Below are positions 9,630 through 18,285 of a stretch of 64,000 bases of DNA, in pieces. The notes beneath the pieces were generated by a model that was not told the origin of the DNA, searched no databases, and was given only the letters and a program-made list of their open reading frames with translations. This DNA comes from Dehalococcoidia bacterium (GTDB taxonomy: Bacteria; Chloroflexota; Dehalococcoidia; Lucifugimonadales; UBA3495): positions 197,850 through 261,849 of the forward strand of contig CBDCRJ010000001.1 in assembly GCA_965221025.1 (NCBI GenBank), given 5' to 3'. The translations under genes and the position numbers were made by a program. The stretch's first letter is position 1; each line of letters starts with the position of its first letter.

Positions 9630-9863
9630 CTAGGGTGCGGCTGCGGCGGTTTCGGCGGTCTCGGCGAAGCGGTAAGGGTCGAGATTGACCTGGAACTCAC
9701 GGCACCACTGGTAGAAGGTTCCGCCGGTTATTCCCAGGTCGAGGGCCGCCAGCGTGACCAGCTGTTTCTGGCCGGTGTGGTTGGTCAGGGATTCCCGGAG
9801 GAGCTCCGGGATGGTCTTCCCCCTCTGGACTTCGAGTTTCTCCTGAGTTGGAGTTCGGTGCAT
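9630..9863 (-). CDS. Small HTH protein (Cro/excisionase-like)
   Basis: LVTLAALDLGITGGTFYQWCREF is HTH-like. It overlaps the tail of the XRE ORF by 167 nt in another frame, so one of the two extents is probably wrong. Confidence 0.45.
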   Translation of the reverse strand: MHRTPTQEKLEVQRGKTIPELLRESLTNHTGQKQLVTLAALDLGITGGTFYQWCREFQVNLDPYRFAETAETAAAAP

Positions 9864-10245
9864 TTGATTGCCCCCTGTGCGGGTTGAAGATGAATCGGAT
9901 GTACTCGGCGATGACCTTGATCCGGTCGTCGGACGGGTTGATCTCGTTGGCGAGGATCTGGACGAGTTCGCTATCGTCTGCGGCCAGGATTGCTTGTGTC
10001 GGGTCCTCCTTGAGGTGGGGTTCCTCTTTGTGCTGGAAGGGATCGTCGTCGCTCCAGAACCAGTCCACGGTCTTCCCGTATGCCTCGGCGAGCCGCCTCA
10101 GGTTGAGGGCGGAGGGGCTTCGTTGAGCTTTCTCATATCTTGAGATGGTGTTCCTTTCTAGGCCGACGAGTTCTGCGGCTTGGACCTGGGTCAGGTCGGC
10201 TTGGAGCCTGGCTATCTTCAATCGGCGGGCGATAGTTATGGGCAT
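9697..10245 (-). CDS. XRE-family HTH regulator (Cro/cI-like), first gene of the leftward operon
   Basis: IARRLKIARLQADLTQVQAAELVGLERNTISRYEKAQRSPS is a canonical HTH_3. An 8-bp inverted repeat GTCTTATG/CATAAGAC lies at 10246-10280, just upstream. The C-terminal third is P/G-rich and doubtful. Confidence 0.8.
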   Translation of the reverse strand: MPITIARRLKIARLQADLTQVQAAELVGLERNTISRYEKAQRSPSALNLRRLAEAYGKTVDWFWSDDDPFQHKEEPHLKEDPTQAILAADDSELVQILANEINPSDDRIKVIAEYIRFIFNPHRGQSNAPNSNSGETRSPEGEDHPGAPPGIPDQPHRPETAGHAGGPRPGNNRRNLLPVVP

Positions 10246-10698
10246 GTCTTATGTCCCGTTAGTATGTGTGGTCATAAGACGAATGTAGTCACCCAACCGG
10301 TAGAATGGGCGGCTGAATAATGCTATTCTTTGGTAGCAACAGCTAGGGAGCGGGGAGAACTGGAGGGGAAACGGGGGGTGGAGCTCGTCGGCCCATCTGG
10401 TCTTGGGTTGTCGTAAGAGCCGCGTCTTTTTCGACGGTGGACCGGGGCGGGGGCTGATTGACAGTCCCCGCCCCGGCCGAGCCTCTTGTGAGAGGCCTTG
10501 GGGGTGGTGAGGATTGGGAGGCAGGCGCGGTCCGGCTCAGGCGGTAGACGGGGTTTCTGCGCCTGTTGGGGTGTTGTCGAAGGATGGTCTATGGGGTCGA
10601 AGGGGGTCCGGATCGGACTCTGCCTATCTTGGAAAGAGGAGGGCTTCCGGGGCGGGATTCCTATCTGGAAAGGGGTGTTTTCGGTTGGTTACCGGCTC

Positions 10699-10748
10699 TT
10701 GCCCTGCGGAGGCAGAGGTCGTGGGTTCGAATCCCGCCAAGCGCGCCA
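10699..10748 (+). pseudogene. tRNA 3'-half fragment (anticodon arm GCG, T-arm, CCA); possible att remnant
   Basis: Anticodon stem ttgcc/ggcag with loop ctGCGga, T-arm gtggg-ttcgaat-cccgc, then caagcgc-g-cca. Upstream sequence gives only a poor acceptor (6/7 with 2 GU) and a non-canonical D-arm, so I do not call an intact tRNA. Confidence 0.45.
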
Positions 10749-10772
10749 TTCTATACCCATTAGACCTTCGCG

Positions 10773-11606
10773 TTATACCTTCACCAGTTTTTGGATTCTC
10801 TGATGGGCCACGTCCGCTCCGTAAATGTCGCCCCTCGAATCGGTATAGACTTGGTGGGCGTGCTCGAAGGTGCGTCCCCGGGCCAGCAGGTTGCCGTCCA
10901 GGTCCAGTATGCTGATCCTGGGGATCTGGTCGGTCACGTACACCGTTTGGTTGGCGTCGATGTGGACTCCCATCGGGGCCTTGAAGTCGGTCCACTGGTC
11001 CAAGAAATCCCCGTTCCTGGTGAACACCTGGACCCGGTTGTTCTCCCGGTCAGCAACGTATAGTCGGCCGTCGTTGGCGGCCCGGATGCTGTGGGGGACT
11101 AGGAATTGTCCCGGACCTCGGCCTGGACTGCCGAAGGAGCTTATGTAAACTCCGTTGGCCGAAAACCGGTGGATACAGGAGTTTCCGTAGCCGTCAGCTA
11201 CGTACATCTCGCCCGAAGGGGCCACGCAAATGTCGGCCGGGTGGTTGAAGGGCATCTGTAGCGCCGCCCGGTCCCGCTGGCCGATAGTGGCCACAGGTTC
11301 GCCCTCGGCGGTGTACTGCAGAATTTGATGGGCGTCCCGGTCCACCAAGTAAACTGCGTCGCCGGGCCCCACGTGAACGTGATGTGCGTCGGCAGGCTTT
11401 CCTTCCCGCCGTTCCCATGGCGTTAGGAAATGGCCCTCGCGGTCGAACACCAGCACCGGCGGTCCCTCCCGCTGGAACACGTACACCCGGTCGTGGGAGT
11501 CCACCGCCACTCCGCTGGGCCCCTGGAATGCGTGACCCGACGGCAGCTTGGCCCAGTCGGGTTGGTACTCGTACACGTAGTCCCCCATGCCTATCGTCGT
11601 AGTCAT
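10773..11606 (-). CDS. NHL-repeat six-bladed beta-propeller protein
   Basis: Repeated P.GvavD..g.vYVaD-type blades (VAVDSHDRVYVFQ, DICVAPSGEMYVADGYGN, RLYVADRENNRVQVF, TVYVTDQ). ATG 11606 is preceded by GGAGGAG. Confidence 0.8.
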   Translation of the reverse strand: MTTTIGMGDYVYEYQPDWAKLPSGHAFQGPSGVAVDSHDRVYVFQREGPPVLVFDREGHFLTPWERREGKPADAHHVHVGPGDAVYLVDRDAHQILQYTAEGEPVATIGQRDRAALQMPFNHPADICVAPSGEMYVADGYGNSCIHRFSANGVYISSFGSPGRGPGQFLVPHSIRAANDGRLYVADRENNRVQVFTRNGDFLDQWTDFKAPMGVHIDANQTVYVTDQIPRISILDLDGNLLARGRTFEHAHQVYTDSRGDIYGADVAHQRIQKLVKV

Positions 11607-11796
11607 GTCTCTCCTCCAATAGTGCTGCTTCATTCTAGCATTTGGAAGGAAGCGTTGGCTGGTTCGACCTCAGAGACGGGACCCGGGCCCATGCTATAAT
11701 CCGTTGGAATTCCAACCGACCGTTATTCACGGATCGACTTGTGCTTAAATCCGCCCGCATCCTTCTTGTGGCACCCGTTATGTCAAGGAGAGAGTC

Positions 11797-12573
11797 ATGG
11801 AGCTAGATGGTTCGGTGATCGTAGTTACCGGTTCGGCCACCGGGCTGGGAGCGGCCGTGGCCCGGCGGGCCTCCGCTAAAGGGGCGCGGGTGGTCGTCAA
11901 CTATACGAAAAGCGAGACCGAAGCCAGGGAGACGGTCCAAGCCTGCGAGGACTTAGGGGGCGAGGCCCTGCTTTGCCAGGGCGACGTCGCCGTCGACGAG
12001 GACTGTCGCCGGATCGCGGCCATGGCCGTGGACCGCTGGGGCCGCGTCGATGGGTTGGTCAACAATGCCGGGCAGTCGGTCTTCGCCAGCGCCGCCGACT
12101 TGGAGTCCCTCTCCGGCGATGATTTCCTCCGGATATACTCAGTCAACGTGGTGGGGGCCTATCAGATGGTCCGTGCAGTCGCCCCTCATTTGAAAGCCGG
12201 GGGCGACGGCGCCATCGTTAACGTTTCCTCGATTTCGGCCATTACGGGGGGTGGCAGTTCCATCGCCTACGCCTGCTCCAAGGCTGCCCTTAACGCCTTG
12301 ACGCTCGCACTAGCCCGGAGCCTGGCGCCACAGGTACGGGTCAACGCCATTTGTCCCGGCCCGATCCCAACCCGCTGGTGGGGCGACGGGCTTGGGGAAG
12401 AGGGCGCACGGACGCTTTTCCAAAAATTTGCAGAACAGGTCCCGCTTCAGGGCGCTCCCACCGCCGATAGCGTCGCTGGCACGGTGGTCTGGTTGCTGGA
12501 GGCGGCCGGCCACGTTACCGGCGAAACGATCATGGTCGACTCGGGCATGCATCTATTGGGTTTCAAACCGTAG
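11797..12573 (+). CDS. SDR-family oxidoreductase
   Basis: VTGSATGLG (TGxxxGxG), NNAG and YACSKAALN (YxxxK) motifs. Confidence 0.9.
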   Translation: MELDGSVIVVTGSATGLGAAVARRASAKGARVVVNYTKSETEARETVQACEDLGGEALLCQGDVAVDEDCRRIAAMAVDRWGRVDGLVNNAGQSVFASAADLESLSGDDFLRIYSVNVVGAYQMVRAVAPHLKAGGDGAIVNVSSISAITGGGSSIAYACSKAALNALTLALARSLAPQVRVNAICPGPIPTRWWGDGLGEEGARTLFQKFAEQVPLQGAPTADSVAGTVVWLLEAAGHVTGETIMVDSGMHLLGFKP

Positions 12574-12588
12574 GAGGATAGAGCGTTA

Positions 12589-13503
12589 GTGAGTATCGAG
12601 ACCTCTTCCAACGGCGGAGACAACGAGGACCATTTGGAGATTGCCAGGGGCAACACCGGCCCCCGGCTCGTGGACCACTTGCTCTACGAACCCGAGGATT
12701 CGGGTATCCTCTGGATCAAGTTCAACCGCCCGGAACGGATGAACGCCCTCATTGGCAATTCACAGGAGAACGGCACTGTGGCCAAGGTAGGTGAGTACAT
12801 GCGGGCCGGCGACGACGATCCCAACGTCCGGGTGATAGTCCTTACCGGCGTTGGCCGCGGCTTTTGCTCCGGGGCCGACATGCGCCGGGATACCGACCCT
12901 TCGGTAACCGGCGAAAACTTCATCGGTAACCGGGGTACCGAAGAGGGCCCAGACGCCGCCCGCCAGCACTTCTTCCACGGCTTCACCCATCTGCATCGGG
13001 ACATCTCCCTGATACGAAAACCCACCGTCGCCATGATCAACGGGCCGGCCGTCGGGTCGGGAATGGACATGGCGCTTCACTGCGACATTCGCGTCGGCTG
13101 CGAAAACACCCGGTTCATCGGATATCAGCAATTGGGCCAGATCATTGAAAACGGCGGCAGCTACTATTTGCCGAAGTTGGCCGGGCTAGGCAGGGCCTTG
13201 GAGTTTGCTTACACCGGGCACTTGGACGCGAAGCGGGCCCACGAGTGGGGACTCTTGAACTATCTCGTGGCCGCCGAGGAATTGGAGCAGACGACCCGCA
13301 GTCTTTGCGAGCGCATCATGCGCACCCCGCCGATGGTGCAGTGGATCAGCAAGCGGATCATGCGCAGCGTCATGGACACCAGCCTGGAAAACACGATGGT
13401 GTTGACCTCCAACGCCGGCGGGATCCTAAACGGCTCCGACGACGCCGAAGAAGCCCGCCGCGCGTTCCTGGAAAAAAGGGCGCCGTCATTCAAAGGGCGC
13501 TAG
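12589..13503 (+). CDS. Enoyl-CoA hydratase/isomerase (crotonase) family protein
   Basis: VIVLTGVGRGFCSGADM oxyanion-hole motif and PTVAMINGPAVGSGMDMAL. GTG start 10 nt after TAGGAGGA. Confidence 0.9.
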   Translation: MSIETSSNGGDNEDHLEIARGNTGPRLVDHLLYEPEDSGILWIKFNRPERMNALIGNSQENGTVAKVGEYMRAGDDDPNVRVIVLTGVGRGFCSGADMRRDTDPSVTGENFIGNRGTEEGPDAARQHFFHGFTHLHRDISLIRKPTVAMINGPAVGSGMDMALHCDIRVGCENTRFIGYQQLGQIIENGGSYYLPKLAGLGRALEFAYTGHLDAKRAHEWGLLNYLVAAEELEQTTRSLCERIMRTPPMVQWISKRIMRSVMDTSLENTMVLTSNAGGILNGSDDAEEARRAFLEKRAPSFKGR

Positions 13504-13608
13504 GGCCGGGCAACGGGCGCTAAAGGCAGGCAAGCTCGCTAGAGTTACCGGTAAACGTCGATATCCCGCCGGGCGACGGCTGGGTGCCGACGTAACGCCG
13601 TCAGGTCG

Positions 13609-14616
13609 TTAGTAACGGGCCACTGCAAGAGCCCCCACTGCTACCGAAGGCAGACTTACGGGCAGTTGGTCCCAAGACTCGCCACGGTCCTCGCTACAGA
13701 ACAGTTTGCCGCCGTCGGTGCCAGCATAGACCCGGTCCGGCGATTGAGGGTCCCACTCGAAGGCCACCGCCATGTCCGAGGCATTCTCACCGTGACCCAA
13801 CGCCTCTACCAATTGCCAATTCCGTCCGCCGTTGGTGGAACGGTAGAACTGAGGGTCTTTCCGCCCGGCGTTGGCGGACACCGTGACCAACACCAAGTCC
13901 GCGTCGTCGGGAGCGGCCGCCAAGTGCAGAGTATAGCGCCGTTCCAGGCCGCTGTTTATTGACTCCCAGTGGTCTCCCCCGTCGTCGCTACGGAAGGGCG
14001 AGCTTGCCGTGGCAACGTACACCCGGTTGGGGCGGTCGGCGCTCAGGTTCACGCAATGGATGTCGTCGTCGAGACCCGGTAGTTGCTGCCAAGTAGCCCC
14101 AGCGTCCCGGGAGCGGACCATACCCCCCACTTCGATACCGGCGTAGAGGTGATTTGGGTCGTGGGGTGACGCCCGCAGGTCGCGGACATGGGAGTCGCGA
14201 GTCTCCGAGTGGAAAAACCACTGACTCGCTTCGGGGACGGCCCGGAAACCGTCGCGCTCCCGCCAACTGATTCCGCCGTCGTCAGACTGGAAGACAGCGG
14301 CCGGCTCGCTTCCCGCATAGACCGTTTCCGGTTTCGAGGGATGGGCCAGCACACTGTGGGCGTAGTCGCTGGGGTACGAATCCAGACGCCTCCAGACCAA
14401 TCCGGCATCGTCCGTGCGGTAGACACCGGCCTCATAGGCCGCCAGATAGGCGCGTTCCGGGCTAACCGGGCTTGCCGTCAGCCTCGCCGCGGCATGGGGC
14501 AGGCGGGTGATGGGCCCCTGTTGCCAAGTCTTACCGTCGTCCTCACTGCTAACGGTACACACCCCATCGTGCATACCCACATGGATTCGGCGGTGGTTCT
14601 TGTGGTGTTGCGACAT
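13609..14616 (-). CDS. BNR/Asp-box repeat beta-propeller protein
   Basis: Seven SxDxGxxW boxes (SEDDGKTW, TDDAGLVW, SDDGGISW, SRDAGATW, SDDGGDHW, STNGGRNW, SEDRGESW). ATG 14616 chosen (M30 of ORF 13609..14703). Confidence 0.75.
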   Translation of the reverse strand: MSQHHKNHRRIHVGMHDGVCTVSSEDDGKTWQQGPITRLPHAAARLTASPVSPERAYLAAYEAGVYRTDDAGLVWRRLDSYPSDYAHSVLAHPSKPETVYAGSEPAAVFQSDDGGISWRERDGFRAVPEASQWFFHSETRDSHVRDLRASPHDPNHLYAGIEVGGMVRSRDAGATWQQLPGLDDDIHCVNLSADRPNRVYVATASSPFRSDDGGDHWESINSGLERRYTLHLAAAPDDADLVLVTVSANAGRKDPQFYRSTNGGRNWQLVEALGHGENASDMAVAFEWDPQSPDRVYAGTDGGKLFCSEDRGESWDQLPVSLPSVAVGALAVARY

Positions 14617-14825
14617 GATGTCCCTGCCTTCGTTATGTCGAGTTCGCGTAGTCTCATAACGATTATATTCCAAACCGCGCTGTTCGGTCAGGGCGCAGCC
14701 CACAGGTCGTGTACCATTGATAGCTCAGGAGGAATCGAGGGGCCTCCCAATGGCCGCCCGTTAGAAACAAAAGGAAGTTCGCTCCTTTACGGAGTTCCGA
14801 CGGCGGGACTATCATTACCTGGCAA

Positions 14826-14902
14826 GGGTGGTTAGCTCAGTTGGTTAGAGCGCCTGCTTTACACGCAGGAGGCCGCAGGTTCGAGTCCTGCACCGCCCAC
14901 CA
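14826..14902 (+). tRNA. tRNA-Val (anticodon TAC)
   Basis: Hand-folded cloverleaf: acceptor gggtggt/accgccc (one GU), D-arm gctc-agttggtta-gagc, anticodon arm cctgc-ttTACac-gcagg, T-arm gcagg-ttcgagt-cctgc, discriminator A, encoded CCA. Confidence 0.9.
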
Positions 14903-14953
14903 GACTTGACGAAATCAAGAACCTTCAGCTTGAGGTTTACGCTGGACCTGTAG
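14895..14953 (+). repeat. DR1: tRNA-Val 3' end plus flank, repeated at 23485 and 30379 (degenerate copy near 37725)
   Basis: gcccaccagacttgaYRaaatcaagaacYttca... About 37/42 nt are identical to the copies at 23485 and 30379. Homology continues with one gap for roughly 60 nt. Confidence 0.65.
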
Positions 14954-15095
14954 TTAGGTGTAGGTGACGTGCTCGCCCGAGGAAGTGCGAGTGAACTCGA
15001 TAAGCCGGCCTTTCAGTTGTTGTTCGCCTTGCCTAGAGTTTCGGCCGACAGGGCCGATGGGCTGACCAATTTGAGGGATAGGGCCAATTCCTGAC

Positions 15096-17180
15096 CTACC
15101 GCAGGGCCTTGTTGATTGTCTTGATGAATTCCTTCCACTGAGTTCGTTCTACCTCGGTGAGGTCTGCTGCTTCATGTTCTCGTGTCCAGCGAAGGAAGGC
15201 CTTGGCGAGCCGGTACTTCGAGAAGGTCTCTTTGCCGATCTCCTTTGTGAAGATGTCAACAACTGGCCGTGCTGGTTGCCGACCGGCAGTCTCTTCGATG
15301 TCCCAACCCAGATCGGTCTTCGCTACATCTATGAGTGTGTCCCTGAGTAGGTCTTCGATCTCCGGGCCTTTAACGACTCCCGTGCAGGCGTCAGCCGTTC
15401 GGAGGATGTTCTTGTTGCCTAGGGTGTGGATTAGGGTTTCGACTCTGGCAGCAGCTTCACCAGCCGCGTCCGAGTCCAGCAAGGCCGCCACCTTGAGGTT
15501 GTTCGCGTGAAGAATAGTGGCGAAGTAGACCACCTTGCCGGCGTTGTTAGCTGGGATTAGCGCAATCTTGTCGTTGAGATCTGCCTCTCCCGCCGCCTTG
15601 AGAAGGGCCGCGGTCGCCTCAATGTACCAATAGTCGGTCAGACCCTCGAGAACCAGATTGCGCTCCTGCATGAAGAGGCTCTGGGCAAGGTCATAGCCGA
15701 GTGCCTCCTGGAGGGGAAGAAGCGCGGTTGAGTCACCGGCAGTGATCGTGGTGTGGACCTTAGTGCCGGTCGTTCGCTCCTTCATCTCGACGACCCGCAC
15801 CAAGTCGAGCTCGTCTGGCCCCACCATGAACGGCGAGTGGGTCGTGTACAGGAGCTGGTTGGTCTCGCCTAGGCGAGAAACGGTGGTACGGAACTCGCGC
15901 TGCTTTAACCCATGGAGACTCAGCCCAGGTTCGTCAAGCAGCAAGACGGCATTCTGATGGCTGTCAGCTGCTTCGGCAAAGAAAACGACAAAGAACGAAA
16001 CAAGCCACTGGAAGCCTTCAGAGCGCTGGTCCAGCTCGACTTCCACACCTAGCTCGTCCTCGACGACGACCTTGAGATACTGCTGGTCGGCTTCGACACG
16101 CAGACGATCAGCCTCGGCCTTTTTCGGGTCGGGCTGCCAAACCCTGTTGATGCTCTTGGTTAGCTGAATGCTCGCGGCGTTGAGTCTGTAGCTGCGTCTG
16201 TCGAGTTGGTCTTGGTAAGCTTTAAGGCCACTCTGGTCGCCCGCCCCAGGCTCGGCGGCTTTGCCTAGGTTGGAGAGCTCGCGCGCTTCAAAGCCAAGGA
16301 GTTTGAGCAGACACTGGTTTCCCCTGTCATATTGGTCGTCGTCTAGGACGTTCTGTTCTAGGCGGTCAGCGAGAAGGCCCAAGTGGAGTCTAGGGCGAAC
16401 TCTGAAGTAATTCGAGAAATACACAAAGACCGGCAGACGTCCACGGAGCAGCTTCAGGGCCTTTTCTGTTTTTTCGGACATCCTAGCCGCATTGGTCAAC
16501 CTATCGAGGCGTTCTTCCTCAAGCTCATTCTCCTCGTCAACTAGAGGAGTGACGCCATTCAGCCACTCCATGAGTGTAGTGGCTCGTTCTCCCGAGAGGC
16601 TGGATTCGTCGCCCCATTCAGCAACCATCGCATCCAGCTCTTGACGGTGGGATGTCTCAGAAGCCTCCTCCGCACCCGCAGTGACCTGTGCATCAAGGTG
16701 TGAAGCCAGCCGTAAGAGGTCCTTACGGATATCACCATATCTTGGGACCACTGGGCCGCCATCGATTCTATGCCAGAACTTATTGTCAAGGCGACGCCCG
16801 AACACATAAGTGCAGCCAGTAAAGCGCTCGTCTATCTGCGTGACCGCCTCTAGTTCATCGTCGTCAAGTCCGAAGTGCGCCTCCACTACAGTCACTTTGT
16901 CGGGTGTGATAGTTCCGCCGCCCGTCTTATCGAGTCTAAGATCACTAAGCTCAGACCGTGGAAAGTCGCGGAGTGGGTCAAAGTTTGGCACGCCGTTTGG
17001 TGGGTTAATTTGCTCAAGCGCTCTGAGCAGCACCGTCTTGCCAGCCTCGTTGGGGCCGACGATGATCGTCTTCATAGATTCGACATCGAACCATCCGCTG
17101 TCTCGGATACCCCGATATTTCTGTACACGGGCTTTCTGTAATTTCATTAGGCCACCATCCAAACTAAGAGGATAATCCAT
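15096..17180 (-). CDS. OLD-family nuclease (ABC-type ATPase + C-terminal Toprim)
   Basis: Walker A GPNEAGKT, Walker B LLLDEPGLSLH, TTHSPF, then Toprim LVLEGLTDYWYIE and ALLDSDAAGE. The start could instead be ATG 17147 (MKLQKARVQKYRGI). Confidence 0.85.
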   Translation of the reverse strand: MDYPLSLDGGLMKLQKARVQKYRGIRDSGWFDVESMKTIIVGPNEAGKTVLLRALEQINPPNGVPNFDPLRDFPRSELSDLRLDKTGGGTITPDKVTVVEAHFGLDDDELEAVTQIDERFTGCTYVFGRRLDNKFWHRIDGGPVVPRYGDIRKDLLRLASHLDAQVTAGAEEASETSHRQELDAMVAEWGDESSLSGERATTLMEWLNGVTPLVDEENELEEERLDRLTNAARMSEKTEKALKLLRGRLPVFVYFSNYFRVRPRLHLGLLADRLEQNVLDDDQYDRGNQCLLKLLGFEARELSNLGKAAEPGAGDQSGLKAYQDQLDRRSYRLNAASIQLTKSINRVWQPDPKKAEADRLRVEADQQYLKVVVEDELGVEVELDQRSEGFQWLVSFFVVFFAEAADSHQNAVLLLDEPGLSLHGLKQREFRTTVSRLGETNQLLYTTHSPFMVGPDELDLVRVVEMKERTTGTKVHTTITAGDSTALLPLQEALGYDLAQSLFMQERNLVLEGLTDYWYIEATAALLKAAGEADLNDKIALIPANNAGKVVYFATILHANNLKVAALLDSDAAGEAAARVETLIHTLGNKNILRTADACTGVVKGPEIEDLLRDTLIDVAKTDLGWDIEETAGRQPARPVVDIFTKEIGKETFSKYRLAKAFLRWTREHEAADLTEVERTQWKEFIKTINKALR

Positions 17181-17418
17181 CTCTTGGGGAGCAGGTCATA
17201 ACCGTTGGGGCTTCCGGTCAGGTACCGTTAGCTTGCCTCTCATCGCTCCCTAAATCTCCTCCTGGTAAATCCAATCGGCCAGGGGAGGAACCGCAAGTCA
17301 AGCAGGTCGAAGGATGCACAATGCAACTCCTTGCAGAGAATCAGATGAAGACCCCGTCGCAAGCACCCGAGAGTTCCCAGCTTCAGACCGGATCATTGCT
17401 TAGCATATTGCGCAGTCG

Positions 17419-18183
17419 TCAGTCGTAGCCTACGTCGGACGGAAGGAGTGGGCGCACCTGCTTTTCCCGAACCTCGCTTAGGGCGTAGTCCTTTAATAGA
17501 CCTACATCTGGGACATTGACAAACCCTGAAAATCTCTCACTGTTCTCATCGCCGATACGAATCAGGTCAGAGGAGGTGAGGGTTGAAATGCCTCCGGCCA
17601 CGGCTGAGCGCGACATGGCCGTTAGGCGGACGATGTCTCGCTGCCGAAGGGTGATCTCGCGTTCGCAACCGTGATCCTCTCCTCTCAGGGCGAGGCGGGA
17701 AATCAGGGCGGCCGCAACCCTCTGCGCCGGACTCCCGCTGATAGCGAGGGTGATCCAGTAGTAGCGCGCCAAACGCCTCAGCAAGACAAGATACATCTCG
17801 GAACGTATCTGAGGGATCCTTTCAACTGCGAGCCTCATGGTGGCGACTGGGATGGCTACTACGGTCGCCGGCGTGGCGGCCGAATAGGAGGCCACCCAGC
17901 GCTTCGCACCCATCATGAATTCGTGGTCGCCGATGAGGAAGGGGGAGGACAGGTCCGAATATGGATACTGCCAGGTCACGATCATTCCGTGTTGAACGAA
18001 GTACAGGTACGTGAAGGGCTCCCCCGACCGAATGAGCGCGATGTCAGCCGAGGGCTCGATGAACAGCATCTCCAATGGCTCCTGTCCACGAGAGAGAGCG
18101 TCCTCAAGCTCGACAGCATCGACAGACTGAAAGGCCTGACACCGCGCCAGTGCCTGGGCGAAACCGCCGATTTCAATTGCCAT
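17419..18183 (-). CDS. CRP/FNR-family regulator (cNMP-binding domain + C-terminal HTH)
   Basis: Beta-roll-like region FTYLYFVQHGMIV...FLIGDHEFMMGAKRWVASYSAATPATVVAIP, then HTH ITLRQRDIVRLTAMSRSAVAGGISTLTSSDLI. ATG 18183 chosen (M61 of ORF 17419..18363). Transcribed divergently from cap4. Confidence 0.75.
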   Translation of the reverse strand: MAIEIGGFAQALARCQAFQSVDAVELEDALSRGQEPLEMLFIEPSADIALIRSGEPFTYLYFVQHGMIVTWQYPYSDLSSPFLIGDHEFMMGAKRWVASYSAATPATVVAIPVATMRLAVERIPQIRSEMYLVLLRRLARYYWITLAISGSPAQRVAAALISRLALRGEDHGCEREITLRQRDIVRLTAMSRSAVAGGISTLTSSDLIRIGDENSERFSGFVNVPDVGLLKDYALSEVREKQVRPLLPSDVGYD

Positions 18184-18256
18184 TGCGGCTAACTCCCATT
18201 CATGCTGCCGCCATCTTAGCATACCAACGGGCATTTGTGAAGATGTTGACACGGCA

Positions 18257-18285
18257 TTGACTTTGTCTGCCAGAAGACATATGCT
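18257..18285 (+). promoter_or_regulatory. Candidate sigma70-type promoter for cap4 with an embedded inverted repeat
   Basis: TTGACT (18257-18262), 17-nt spacer, TATGCT (18280-18285). The spacer contains TGTCT-N6-AGACA (18264-18279). ATG of cap4 is at 18329. Confidence 0.4.

Larger units (their letters stand above)
1..10748. mobile_element. Prophage-like element, early/replication arm (left part lies outside the window)
   Basis: An uninterrupted minus-strand block: Cro/XRE HTH, SNF2 helicase, primase-polymerase, UvrD-like helicase, RuvC-like resolvase, with several ATGA/GTGA coupled junctions. A tRNA 3'-half fragment sits at the right edge. No structural genes or integrase are seen in the window. 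Confidence 0.6.

Noticed and set aside
10250-10750. Possibility that the structured G-rich region plus T-arm is a tmRNA, or a complete tRNA, possibly intron-containing.
   Set aside because: The 3' end (caagcgc-g-cca) does not pair with any upstream GGGG-type 5' end. No tag-peptide-like reading frame ending in hydrophobic residues plus stop was found. The D-arm and acceptor are non-canonical. This needs tool confirmation.
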